From: a bacterium
GTDB lineage: Bacteria > Aerophobota > Aerophobia > Aerophobales > AE-B3A
Assembly: GCA_046758525.1 (NCBI GenBank)
Contig: JBHIAL010000001.1
Location: 667 to 64,666, forward strand
Direction of reading: 5' to 3'
Length of the DNA: 64,000 nucleotides
The notes under the pieces were generated by a model, which was given only the letters and a program-made list of their open reading frames with translations, ran no database searches and had not been told where the DNA came from. The position numbers and the translations under genes were made by a program. Positions 17,048 through 25,658 of this stretch are shown piece by piece; position 1 is the first letter of the stretch, and each line of letters opens with the position of its first letter.

Positions 17048-18358
17048 ATGCAAATAACACAAAAAATAAGAAACTTTCTTAGAACAAAAGCCAATAGAGC
17101 ATTGGGGCTTATGATTTATCCTTGGATGGACAATAGCGGGATAAAGATGGATTGGCGAACAAAGGATTATATAGATTTGTATGGTAAATCCGATTTTTCC
17201 AATGCTGTGGTTCATGGGACAGTGAAAGAGCTTGCATTGGCTATTGCCAATTGCGATTTGAAATTTTATCGAAAGGTAAGAAAGAAAAAATTAAAGAAAT
17301 TGACCCGTACTCACCCCCTTGTAGATTTATTCTGGAATGTTAATCCTGTTACAACCAGATTTGATTTTTGGGAATCTCTTGTTGTCTATTTGCAATTGGC
17401 AGGCGAAGCCCCTGTAGCATTAGAGCGACTGAATAAGTTAGACCAACCTAAAGAACTATGGACTTTAAGACCCGATTTTATTCGTGTAATTCCAGACGCT
17501 AAAAATTTTGTTAGGGGGTATCTGTATGAGACTGGTGTGGGACGGGTTGGCTACCTCCCCAACGAATTAATATTTTTTAAGCATTTTAGCCCAACAGAAA
17601 CATGGAGAGGGCAGTCCCCCTATGCTGCTGCAAGACAAGAACTTATATCTGAATATTATAGAAGTAAATATAATATCGAATTCTTCAAACAAGGCGCAAG
17701 TCCTTCTGGAGTATTCTCCACAGATAGGACATTAGACAATGATACGTTTAAGAGACTTCAGAAAGAGCTTGAGATGGCTTACTCAGGCGTTAATAAGGCG
17801 CACAGACCAATGTTACTTGAAAGCGGATTGCAATGGACTCGAATAGGAGTGAGCCCAAAGGATGGTGATTTTATACAACAACACGCCTTGAACAATGAAG
17901 CAATTGCAGGTGTTGTGAATGTGCCCCCTCAATTTGCCTTTGGGGGCAATTCATTCAGATACGGAAATGTTCAAACCACAAAGGAACAAGCCAAGATGTT
18001 TTGGGGGATTACGATAAAGCCCCTAATCAGAAAAATAGAGGAGTATTTAAATACTTTCCTTGTAAAGAGATATGGTAATGATTTGATTGCCAAGTTTGAT
18101 TTAAGTGAAATTGACGCTATCAACGATACAAATGTTGAAAAGAGTATTGTTGCAAGAAGAATGGTAGAAATAGGTATCTGGACTCCAAATGAAGCAAGAA
18201 AGATATTGTGGAATATGGAAGAAACAGAAGACGGAAATGGCGATACAAGATATGTACCAGGTAATTTAATTGATGCCAATTCGGAATCGCAGATACCTGA
18301 TGAACCTGATAATGGTAAACTTTTGGAGAGGCACGAAAATGAACGAATTTATATATAA
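17048..18358 (+). CDS. portal protein
   Basis: 436 aa. Called mainly by synteny (portal, protease, then MCP) and size. Confidence 0.55.
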   Translation: MQITQKIRNFLRTKANRALGLMIYPWMDNSGIKMDWRTKDYIDLYGKSDFSNAVVHGTVKELALAIANCDLKFYRKVRKKKLKKLTRTHPLVDLFWNVNPVTTRFDFWESLVVYLQLAGEAPVALERLNKLDQPKELWTLRPDFIRVIPDAKNFVRGYLYETGVGRVGYLPNELIFFKHFSPTETWRGQSPYAAARQELISEYYRSKYNIEFFKQGASPSGVFSTDRTLDNDTFKRLQKELEMAYSGVNKAHRPMLLESGLQWTRIGVSPKDGDFIQQHALNNEAIAGVVNVPPQFAFGGNSFRYGNVQTTKEQAKMFWGITIKPLIRKIEEYLNTFLVKRYGNDLIAKFDLSEIDAINDTNVEKSIVARRMVEIGIWTPNEARKILWNMEETEDGNGDTRYVPGNLIDANSESQIPDEPDNGKLLERHENERIYI

Positions 18359-19487
18359 AACAGTTGATTCTAAGATTAAAGATATAGATGAAAGAAACAG
18401 GACATTTTTAGCCATAGCCTCCACCGAAGATAAAGATAGGGATGGAGATATTATTCAACAAAGTGGCTGGGATTTGAGGAACTATGAAAAGAATCCTGTT
18501 GTACTTTGGGCGCACAGACACACAGATTTACCTATAGCTAAAGCAGAAAAGATAAAGGTTGAGGATAATAAGCTTGTCTTTAAACCGAAATTTGCAACGT
18601 ATGAGGAATACCCATTTGCAGATACAGTTTTCAAGCTATACAAAGGGGGCTTTATTAATTCATTTTCGGTTGGCTTTCAGCCAAAGGAATCTGAGCCTTT
18701 AGATGAGGATAACCTTTTTAGTGGAAGAAGAATAATTAAACAGGAATTGCTCGAAATTTCTGGTTTGCCCTTACCTTCCAATCCAAGCGCAAGGATTAGG
18801 GAAGCGCTTTCAAAGGGAATTATAAGTGAGGATGACCACAAGATTTATAATGATACAATGAATTTAATAATTGAAGAATGTATGGAAGATTTTGAGGGTA
18901 AGGGAACTGGGAATGGGAATATAACAGATGACTCTTGGGACGGCAGTAAATCAAGATTTTCAGTTCAACAGCTTTTAGCTTCTGTACCCCCAGCGATTGC
19001 AAGGGCAGCGAGGGCACGAGCAAGGCGGGAGGATAGAGAGATTGCGGACATCCCCAAAGATTGGTTAAAACTTCCTCATCACGAACCTAATGGGGCACTT
19101 AATGCAAATGGCGTGAGGGCTGCTAAAGGTAGATTAAATCAAGCAGATTTACCTGAAGGTGTTAGTAGAAGTGCGGTTATGGCTCATCTCGATATGCACA
19201 GTGGACAAGTTGAAAGATGGAGAGAAAGACGTAGTGTTGAGGATGAGGAAACCAAGCACACTCCCATTGAAATTATTTCATTTAATACATTTGAAGCTGC
19301 CCTGAAAGCTGTGAAGGCAGACGTAGACCTATACAAGAACAAGAATGAATTCAACAGTTCCGATAAAGAAAGACTAAATTGGATGGCTAATGAGCTTAAG
19401 AAGACATCCAATACATTATTCTCTTATGCGAATGAAGAAAAGCTAAGAGATTTAATCAAGCGTGCAGAGGCATGTTTGAAAGATTAG
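18339..19487 (+). CDS. prohead protease (HK97 / S78 family) with C-terminal coiled-coil (scaffold-like) extension
   Basis: NPVVLWAHRHTDLPIAKAE matches the conserved pvLwqHd..piG block of HK97-type prohead proteases. The start is taken at MNEF (18339); the track start 18270 overlaps the portal. Confidence 0.65.
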   Translation: MNEFIYKTVDSKIKDIDERNRTFLAIASTEDKDRDGDIIQQSGWDLRNYEKNPVVLWAHRHTDLPIAKAEKIKVEDNKLVFKPKFATYEEYPFADTVFKLYKGGFINSFSVGFQPKESEPLDEDNLFSGRRIIKQELLEISGLPLPSNPSARIREALSKGIISEDDHKIYNDTMNLIIEECMEDFEGKGTGNGNITDDSWDGSKSRFSVQQLLASVPPAIARAARARARREDREIADIPKDWLKLPHHEPNGALNANGVRAAKGRLNQADLPEGVSRSAVMAHLDMHSGQVERWRERRSVEDEETKHTPIEIISFNTFEAALKAVKADVDLYKNKNEFNSSDKERLNWMANELKKTSNTLFSYANEEKLRDLIKRAEACLKD

Positions 19488-19513
19488 TGCACATTTTTTA
19501 AGGAGTTTAGTAA

Positions 19514-20779
19514 ATGACTGAACCAAAAGAGCCACAGGAAAAAGACTTAGCTACACAACTCGAAGAAAAGGTTTCAGAGTTGGAGGCCAAAAAGAAAGAA
19601 GAAGTTGAAAGGAAAATTAAGGAGAAGGAGGATGCTGTAAAAATAGCTGAAGGCATGAAGGAATTCAAGGGCTTAAATGATAAGCTAACCAAAGAACTTG
19701 AGGCATTGAAGGAGCAGCAAGGTAATATAAAGGAAAGTGTTGAAAGGGATAGGGAAGAAAGAAAGCTTCGTTTCGACACTACTAAAGAGGTCAATGAGAG
19801 TGCCCCAAATAGTAACAAAGGGAGCGAGTTTAGTTTTGCTCGATTTTATAACGCTATAGCACATAAGAACATGAATCTTGCTCCTTACGAGTTTAAGGCT
19901 TTGGGGGAAAGCACAGGTTCGGGGGGTGGTTTTATAGTACCAGAGGAATACCTTGGCGATTTAAGGGATAGAATTACAGCGCAGTCAGTTGTTAGAGGAA
20001 TGGGACCTACTGTCTATCCTATGGTATCTGATACTCTGTTAGTACCAAAGATAACAGGCGGGGCTACAGCCGTTTGGGTGGGGGAGAATGCACAAATTAC
20101 TGAAAGCCAAAACACATTTGGACAACTTCAGTTAATAGCAAAGTTGTTGGCAGCCCTTGTCAAAGTAAGTAATCAATTGATTTCTGATTCTAATCCTGCT
20201 GTTGAGACTGCTGTTAGAAAGGATACGGTAAAGGTTCTTGCGCTTGCCGAGGATATTGCATTCTTGGGAGGCTCTGGTTCGGCTAACCAACCAACAGGTA
20301 TCATAAATACTACTGGTGTAGCAGAGGTTACTCTTGGGGCAAATGGGGCAACGCCTACATTTGATAATATTTATGACACACTCTATCAGGTGGAGTTGGC
20401 TAATGGCGTAGCAAGCGGTTGGGTTATGCACCCAAGAACAAAAAACACATTGACAAAGATTAAGGATTCCAATGGTCAATACATCTACAATGTAAGTCCA
20501 AGTATCAAGGAGCCAGATACACTTGTAGGTTTGCCTGTAAAACTAACCACCCAAGTTCCAATCAATCTTACTGTGGGCAGTTCTTCAGACTGTTCTTATG
20601 TAATCTGCGCCCAATGGGATGAGGCTGTGATTGGGGAAAGAGCAGGCATTGAGTTTGCTGCTGATACATCTGGGACTGCTTTTGAGTTTTACCAGACTTG
20701 GATTAGGGCAATTGAAAGAATTGATTTTGGGTTAAGGACACCAGAAGTGTTCTGTAAAATGACTGGCGTAAGACCTTAA
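19514..20779 (+). CDS. major capsid protein, HK97 fold, with N-terminal delta/scaffold domain
   Basis: The N-terminal ~110 aa are a charged coiled coil (EEKVSELEAKKKEEVERKIKEKEDAVK). The rest has HK97-MCP size and composition. It follows the protease and is followed by a strong terminator. Confidence 0.7.
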   Translation: MTEPKEPQEKDLATQLEEKVSELEAKKKEEVERKIKEKEDAVKIAEGMKEFKGLNDKLTKELEALKEQQGNIKESVERDREERKLRFDTTKEVNESAPNSNKGSEFSFARFYNAIAHKNMNLAPYEFKALGESTGSGGGFIVPEEYLGDLRDRITAQSVVRGMGPTVYPMVSDTLLVPKITGGATAVWVGENAQITESQNTFGQLQLIAKLLAALVKVSNQLISDSNPAVETAVRKDTVKVLALAEDIAFLGGSGSANQPTGIINTTGVAEVTLGANGATPTFDNIYDTLYQVELANGVASGWVMHPRTKNTLTKIKDSNGQYIYNVSPSIKEPDTLVGLPVKLTTQVPINLTVGSSSDCSYVICAQWDEAVIGERAGIEFAADTSGTAFEFYQTWIRAIERIDFGLRTPEVFCKMTGVRP

Positions 20780-20802
20780 GTAGTGAGATTTATATAAATT
20801 TT

Positions 20803-20840
20803 GAAGCCCTGCTCTTGTCAGGGTGGGGCTTCTCTTTATA
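20803..20840 (+). terminator. rho-independent terminator after major capsid gene
   Basis: Sequence gaagCCCTGctcttgtCAGGGtggggcttc. The inner stem is CCCTG/CAGGG and the outer stem is GAAG/CTTC, followed by TCTCTTTAT. Confidence 0.5.
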
Positions 20841-20852
20841 GGAGAGTTAAAC

Positions 20853-21257
20853 ATGGCAAGAAACGTTGGTGAAGTTATTAAAAGTCTAACAGCCCTGAGA
20901 CCACAATCTGATTCTGGAGGTTCTGCTGTAAATGGAGCGGATGTTGATAGATTGGGTTATCAGAATGCTACCTTTCTAATTCAAACAGGAGCTATCAGTG
21001 GTTCTCCAGGTGCAAACACAGTTACAGTAAATGTTCAACATGCTACTGCTGCAGGGGGCTCCTATGCAAACGTGTCTGGGGCAACTGGTACAATCACTGC
21101 TGCTAATACCGATTTGGAGATTAATGTCGCACTTCAAGCGTTGAATCAGTATATACGTGTAACTGAGACCACTGCATTTACAGGTGGTTCATCTCCCACA
21201 GTTTTGATTGGTTCCGCATGTGTACTTGGTAATTTCTCTGGCACATTACCTGTCTAA
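20853..21257 (+). CDS. hypothetical head-associated protein (possible decoration protein)
   Basis: 134 aa starting at the ATG at 20853 with SD GGAGAG; the track's GTG start at 20823 lies inside the terminator. Gly/Ala/Thr-rich. Confidence 0.4.
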   Translation: MARNVGEVIKSLTALRPQSDSGGSAVNGADVDRLGYQNATFLIQTGAISGSPGANTVTVNVQHATAAGGSYANVSGATGTITAANTDLEINVALQALNQYIRVTETTAFTGGSSPTVLIGSACVLGNFSGTLPV

Positions 21258-21271
21258 AAATAGGGACATTT

Positions 21272-21348
21272 GGGCAGAAGTGGAGAACTGAGAAAGATAT
21301 AACGAAATCAATTTATTGAGGATATTTCGATAATGTACACTTCTGCCC
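21272..21348 (+). repeat. long-range perfect 11-bp inverted repeat (GGGCAGAAGTG ... CACTTCTGCCC) enclosing a nested CGAAAT/ATTTCG hairpin
   Basis: Read directly. It is followed by CCTTTTCTTGGG. It may be a terminator or a structured RNA. Confidence 0.3.
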
Positions 21349-21397
21349 CTTTTCTTGGGATTGGATGAACAAAATGCTTAAACATTATGAGAATAAG

Positions 21398-21457
21398 ATG
21401 ATGGAGTCAGTCGATAAGCCTAAGAGGAAGAAAAAGAAGAAAAAGATTAAAAAATAA
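21398..21457 (+). CDS. 19-aa poly-lysine micro-ORF (MMESVDKPKRKKKKKKIKK)
   Basis: Read by hand. It carries an AAG/AAA run. Confidence 0.2.
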   Translation: MMESVDKPKRKKKKKKIKK

Positions 21458-21598
21458 CTTTTTCTGGGGGAGTTTCCCATGTGTGATATAGATGATGCTT
21501 TTCGTAGAGCAATAAACAAAAGGGTTGGCTATTTAGAATAGTGTGAGGAACGCTTTGGGGAAGACAAGGAAGCCAAGGGAGATTTTAAGAGTTCCTAT

Positions 21599-22237
21599 AT
21601 GGAGTTGTTTCATTTTTATAACGCACAAGCATTTCTTATAAGGAGAGGATACAGCAGACTTAACGAAGATTGGATAAAAGATGATGTAGAAGGAACCTTT
21701 AAAGAAATTGACGAAAAATACCCTTACATGCTTGAAGATTTAAGCAGAGTCTTAATACAATGCAATGAGCTTATTGCTATACATGGAGATTGGGCTAAAT
21801 ATATAAAACCTCCCCAGGCACCATTACCCTCACAGGATATATCTTCTTTATTTTACGATATAAATGAGTCCATAAGAGAAGAAGAAAAGAGAACAATTGC
21901 TAATATAAATGATTTATTAATGAGAAAAGATGGAAAGAGGGGTTTTGGAGAATATGGAACTTACTGGAGATATGATGAAGATACTCTTGGTAGCTTCATT
22001 ATGGCATTATTATACTGCTATGATATAAAGAATTTTTTTATAAGGCAAAAATATAATAGGATAAATAAGTCGTGTCAGAAAGGTCGTCTGGATGCAATAT
22101 TCAAAGATATTGGCGAGAACTATCCATTTGTGTTTGATAAGATGCGTGAGATAGAGAAAGAATATCCCCTACGACTTAAAGAAGTAGAATATATGTACGA
22201 TGATTTATTTAAGGAAGAACAATTAGTACATATTTAA
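21599..22237 (+). CDS. hypothetical protein, moron-like insertion
   Basis: 212 aa and visibly AT-richer than the flanking structural genes. It is set between a ~340-nt intergenic region and the connector gene. No recognisable motif. Confidence 0.4.
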   Translation: MELFHFYNAQAFLIRRGYSRLNEDWIKDDVEGTFKEIDEKYPYMLEDLSRVLIQCNELIAIHGDWAKYIKPPQAPLPSQDISSLFYDINESIREEEKRTIANINDLLMRKDGKRGFGEYGTYWRYDEDTLGSFIMALLYCYDIKNFFIRQKYNRINKSCQKGRLDAIFKDIGENYPFVFDKMREIEKEYPLRLKEVEYMYDDLFKEEQLVHI

Positions 22238-22240
22238 ACT

Positions 22241-22792
22241 ATGGCTATAACTATAACAAGAGCACAAGTAAAGGCTAAGGACACATTCCCCACATCTGAT
22301 GACAGCTTTGTTGATACACTTATAAGTGCAGTTACTACATTTGTAGAGAATTATCTTAAACGCACAGTAGAAGCTGCTGCTTATGATGAATACTATGATG
22401 GAGATGGCAGTCTTGAGATTCATACTAAACAATTTCCTATAAATAGTGTATCCTCACTTACACATGAAGACGAAAACGGCAATACAGTTTATACATGGAC
22501 GAGTGTTGACTACGCCTATGAAAGTCAAGGACTTATAAAATTAAGAAAGGGAAAATTCCCAAAAGGAATCCAAAATATAAGAATTCAATATAACGCTGGT
22601 TATACAACATTGCCCAAAGACCTTGAGGATGCAGTTATAGACCATATTTTATGGAAGAAAGCAAACAGGCAAGGGAAGGATTTGGGATTAAGAACTAAAT
22701 CCTTGGGTGATGGAGGTTATCAGATATACCAAATGGGAATACCAGATAAAATAAAAATAGTTTATGATTTGTACCGAAGATTTGGCACTTAA
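22241..22792 (+). CDS. head-tail connector / adaptor protein (gp6-like)
   Basis: N-terminus ITITRAQVKAKDTFPTSDDSFVDTLISAVTTFVENYL resembles gp6-like connectors (leader region ...dd..l..li.aA...). Confidence 0.55.
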   Translation: MAITITRAQVKAKDTFPTSDDSFVDTLISAVTTFVENYLKRTVEAAAYDEYYDGDGSLEIHTKQFPINSVSSLTHEDENGNTVYTWTSVDYAYESQGLIKLRKGKFPKGIQNIRIQYNAGYTTLPKDLEDAVIDHILWKKANRQGKDLGLRTKSLGDGGYQIYQMGIPDKIKIVYDLYRRFGT

Positions 22793-22807
22793 CAGGAGGA
22801 TTTCAAC

Positions 22808-23812
22808 ATGCCACTACAAGCAACAGGTTCAGAAGCCCTAATTGTGTTTGATGAAGAAGTAACATACAATACTATACCAACGGCAGCAGCAGCAAATCCA
22901 AGATTATTTCCCTTTACATCCGAGGATTTGAGGAGGTCAAGGGGCAGGATTGAGTCAGCAGCCATTACGGCATACAGGGATAGAAGGATGCCCCGACAGG
23001 AAAATATCGATGTCAGGGGCACAATTAATTTTGAGGCAGATGCTACGTGGATGGGAACCATATTCAAACATGCTTTAGGTTCTGTATCATCTACAACAAC
23101 CGCTCCTAATTACACTCACACAATTACAGTTGGCGCTCTGCCTACAGGTTTGATGCTTGAGAAAAGATTTATAAATGTTGGTTCAGCGACTGGAACTCAA
23201 TATTTCAACTACAGAGGATGCAAGATTAATCAGCTCTCCATGAGTTTTAGTGCAAGCGGATTTATAACAGGCTCGGTTTCTGTTATAGGCGCATCGGAAA
23301 ATCAATCCACAGCCTCCTACACAACAGCGACTGCAACAGACTTGGGTAATAATCCATTCGATGGTTTCGAGGCTACAATATTTGAGGGGGGAACTGGAGG
23401 TACTACATTAGGTTACGCTACTGATATAGAGTTTACACTTGATAATGCCCTTGATGACACCACATTCGCCATTGGTGGAGCGGGGACAAGGCGAAATCTC
23501 CCAGAAGGCTTCTCAACTATAACAGGTACAATGACTGTGTTATTTGAGGATATTTCACTTTATACAAAGGCTGTAAATTTTGATACAAGCCTCATCAAGA
23601 TACAACTCACTCGTGGTACAGGAGACGGCTCGGCAGGCAATGAACACATGGAAATTCTTATACCAGAATTGAAATATGATTCGAGCGCTCCTGTTGTAGC
23701 GGATGATAGGGGAATCAAGCTTGAGTTGCCTTTCTCTGCATTTGCATCAACAGCAGGCGGTTCTACAACCAGTATGCAGATTACACTCAAGAATACTCAA
23801 GCGACAATCTGA
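22808..23812 (+). CDS. structural protein, possibly major tail tube protein
   Basis: 334 aa, Thr/Gly/Ala-rich and beta-rich in composition. Called from position only. Confidence 0.35.
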   Translation: MPLQATGSEALIVFDEEVTYNTIPTAAAANPRLFPFTSEDLRRSRGRIESAAITAYRDRRMPRQENIDVRGTINFEADATWMGTIFKHALGSVSSTTTAPNYTHTITVGALPTGLMLEKRFINVGSATGTQYFNYRGCKINQLSMSFSASGFITGSVSVIGASENQSTASYTTATATDLGNNPFDGFEATIFEGGTGGTTLGYATDIEFTLDNALDDTTFAIGGAGTRRNLPEGFSTITGTMTVLFEDISLYTKAVNFDTSLIKIQLTRGTGDGSAGNEHMEILIPELKYDSSAPVVADDRGIKLELPFSAFASTAGGSTTSMQITLKNTQATI

Positions 23813-23861
23813 GAAAGTCAAAATGTTTTAAAAATCTACCTCTATTTGGGGAATTTATAAA

Positions 23862-24347
23862 ATGAAAATTATAGAAGATGCAGCAATAAAGATTAGGACT
23901 GTGCTTCAGACTAATCTTCCAGCCAAATTAGACACAATAGACACTGAAAGAGGCGATGGAATCGTTCTGGATGACATCGCCTTTTTTTCCATTACAAGTT
24001 ATCAATTGAACGAATACTTCCCCCGCCCTGCAATGTTTATCTTAGGAGAAAACACTCCATTTCTTGAAATCTCCACAGTTGGAGGTAAAAGAAAGAGAAT
24101 GACTTATATAATGGACTTGACTGTCGTAGTAGAAGATAATGATGAAGAAAGGTTGCAAAAGAAATTGTGGCGATATGCTGATGGGGTTGAGAGAGTTCTG
24201 GAGGCAGACAGACGATTAGGAGGGACTGTTCACTCTATAATAATAAAGGATTTGTTGATAACCAGTAGGGGTTTTACCACTTCTTCGGCACCAACAAGAG
24301 CAATAAGCCTCCTCGCTGAGATTCAACAGGATTATACTATTGATTAG
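23862..24347 (+). CDS. neck / head-tail joining protein (hypothetical)
   Basis: 161 aa, placed between the connector and the chaperones. Confidence 0.35.
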   Translation: MKIIEDAAIKIRTVLQTNLPAKLDTIDTERGDGIVLDDIAFFSITSYQLNEYFPRPAMFILGENTPFLEISTVGGKRKRMTYIMDLTVVVEDNDEERLQKKLWRYADGVERVLEADRRLGGTVHSIIIKDLLITSRGFTTSSAPTRAISLLAEIQQDYTID

Positions 24348-24822
24348 AATTGATATAGATGCCAAAGACATAGCTGGAAAAATAGATGAAATAACGACTT
24401 ACTTGAGAAACTATGGTGATGCTCTCAGAACATCTGCTGATTTCGTTATATACCCAATTCTTGAAAGAAAATTCGATGCAGAGGGGAAAACAAAACAAAG
24501 CTCCAAATGGGATGCTTTAGACCCTGATACAGTTAATGCTCGTTTAAGAAGGATTGGTTACTACTCGGTAAAATCTTCTGAGGGAGCAACGGGCAGAATA
24601 CTTCATTGGACACATAGATTAAGAAGAAGTGTCTTGGGTAAAAGCTCTGAAAGCGTGTTTGAATTAAGGAAAGAAGGAGACAAGCATATTATGACTATTG
24701 GTACAAGAGTCCCCTATGCAAAAAAATTGCACAGAAAAAGACCTATATATGTTATTGCAGATATTAGGGACGATGTAAAAGAATTTTTGGATGAGGATTT
24801 AAGAATTGTTGTAGAAGATTGA
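24340..24822 (+). CDS. HK97 gp10-like neck/tail component
   Basis: RVPYAKKLH resembles the vPYA..vEfG motif of HK97-gp10-family proteins. Confidence 0.4.
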   Translation: MIRIDIDAKDIAGKIDEITTYLRNYGDALRTSADFVIYPILERKFDAEGKTKQSSKWDALDPDTVNARLRRIGYYSVKSSEGATGRILHWTHRLRRSVLGKSSESVFELRKEGDKHIMTIGTRVPYAKKLHRKRPIYVIADIRDDVKEFLDEDLRIVVED

Positions 24823-24867
24823 CAAGTTGGTTTTTTGAGCCTTATTTAGGCAAAAGGAAGGTGTTGG

Positions 24868-25392
24868 ATGGAGATATTTGAAGATGTAAAAACTCCTATA
24901 GGAGAGGTACTTGAAAGGTATAATGTTTACTCTGCCAATTTGGAAAGGGATTTATTGGCATTACAATCAAGGGTTGGTAAAGTACCTGAGTTTCTTGAAA
25001 CGGTTGGGTTTACCGAAGGAATAATAAGAATTCCTGGTAATGGTAATGAAGAGTGTTATTTGAAAATTTGCGGTTTAACAGACGAGGCGAGAATCAAAGG
25101 AAGGGAAGTATATACAAAGAAGAATCTTGCCCTGCTTGAAGAAGCCAAAAATCTCGCCTTTAGGGATTGTGTAATCGAAATTAAGGGTATAAAGTTTGAG
25201 CGCAATGTAAGGGAGTATAAAAGAGGGGATGAAGTTCCCCTTTTATATGAAATAAAAAATCGAAAGGAAGCAGAAGAGCTTGTTCAAGCAATTCCCCAAA
25301 AGATTAGAAATATGGTATATGATGGGGCGGATTATCTGAGTGATTTCCAAAAGGATGAACTAAAAAACTGGAACATGCCATCGAGAAGTTAA
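24868..25392 (+). CDS. tail assembly chaperone (lambda gpG analogue)
   Basis: Lies immediately upstream of the tape measure protein. An A_AAA_AAC slippery heptamer sits near its 3' end, and the -1 frame is open to 25658. Confidence 0.55.
   Translation: MEIFEDVKTPIGEVLERYNVYSANLERDLLALQSRVGKVPEFLETVGFTEGIIRIPGNGNEECYLKICGLTDEARIKGREVYTKKNLALLEEAKNLAFRDCVIEIKGIKFERNVREYKRGDEVPLLYEIKNRKEAEELVQAIPQKIRNMVYDGADYLSDFQKDELKNWNMPSRS
25362..25368 (+). promoter_or_regulatory. programmed -1 ribosomal frameshift slippery site A_AAA_AAC
   Basis: The 0-frame codons are cta aaa aac. The -1 frame (aaa aaa ctg ...) is open from 25359 to the stop at 25658. Confidence 0.55.
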
Positions 25393-25658
25393 TCGGTGGC
25401 AAGCGGATAACCCAGATTGCGAAGACTCCATCAGGAAGATTGGTTAATGAGGATATACCAATCCCTTTCTACATAGAAGATATAGTTTTTGAGGCTTTTC
25501 TTTGCTACAAAATGGGTAAATTATTCAGAGATGGCGGGCTAAAAGCACAAAGATACAAGGAGTTACAAGTGCTATATTTGGTAATCCAATACATAGACAG
25601 AAAGTACATCAATGATTGGTGTGAAGTTCTTTTTGGTTCAAAGGACAGTAAAAAATAA
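25368..25658 (+). CDS. -1 frame extension giving the G-T-like chaperone fusion (about 263 aa total with 24868..25368)
   Basis: See the slippery site above. The track ORF 25440..25658 is the ATG/TTG-anchored part of this frame. Confidence 0.5.
   Translation: MEHAIEKLIGGKRITQIAKTPSGRLVNEDIPIPFYIEDIVFEAFLCYKMGKLFRDGGLKAQRYKELQVLYLVIQYIDRKYINDWCEVLFGSKDSKK

Noticed and set aside
18270-18338. Long N-terminal extension of the prohead protease overlapping the portal gene end
   Set aside because: The extension is in an alternative frame over the portal C-terminus. MNEF at 18339 gives a compact 20-nt overlap and the usual protease N-terminus.
20823-20852. GTG-initiated N-terminal extension of the head-associated gene (track start 20823)
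   Set aside because: The extension lies inside the post-capsid terminator hairpin. An ATG with a GGAGAG SD at 20853 is a better start.
22808-23812. Second major capsid protein or tail sheath assignment for the 334-aa protein
   Set aside because: No sheath-sized partner or baseplate genes are present, and the tape-measure and lambda-like tip genes indicate a non-contractile tail. It is kept as a putative tail tube or structural protein at low confidence.
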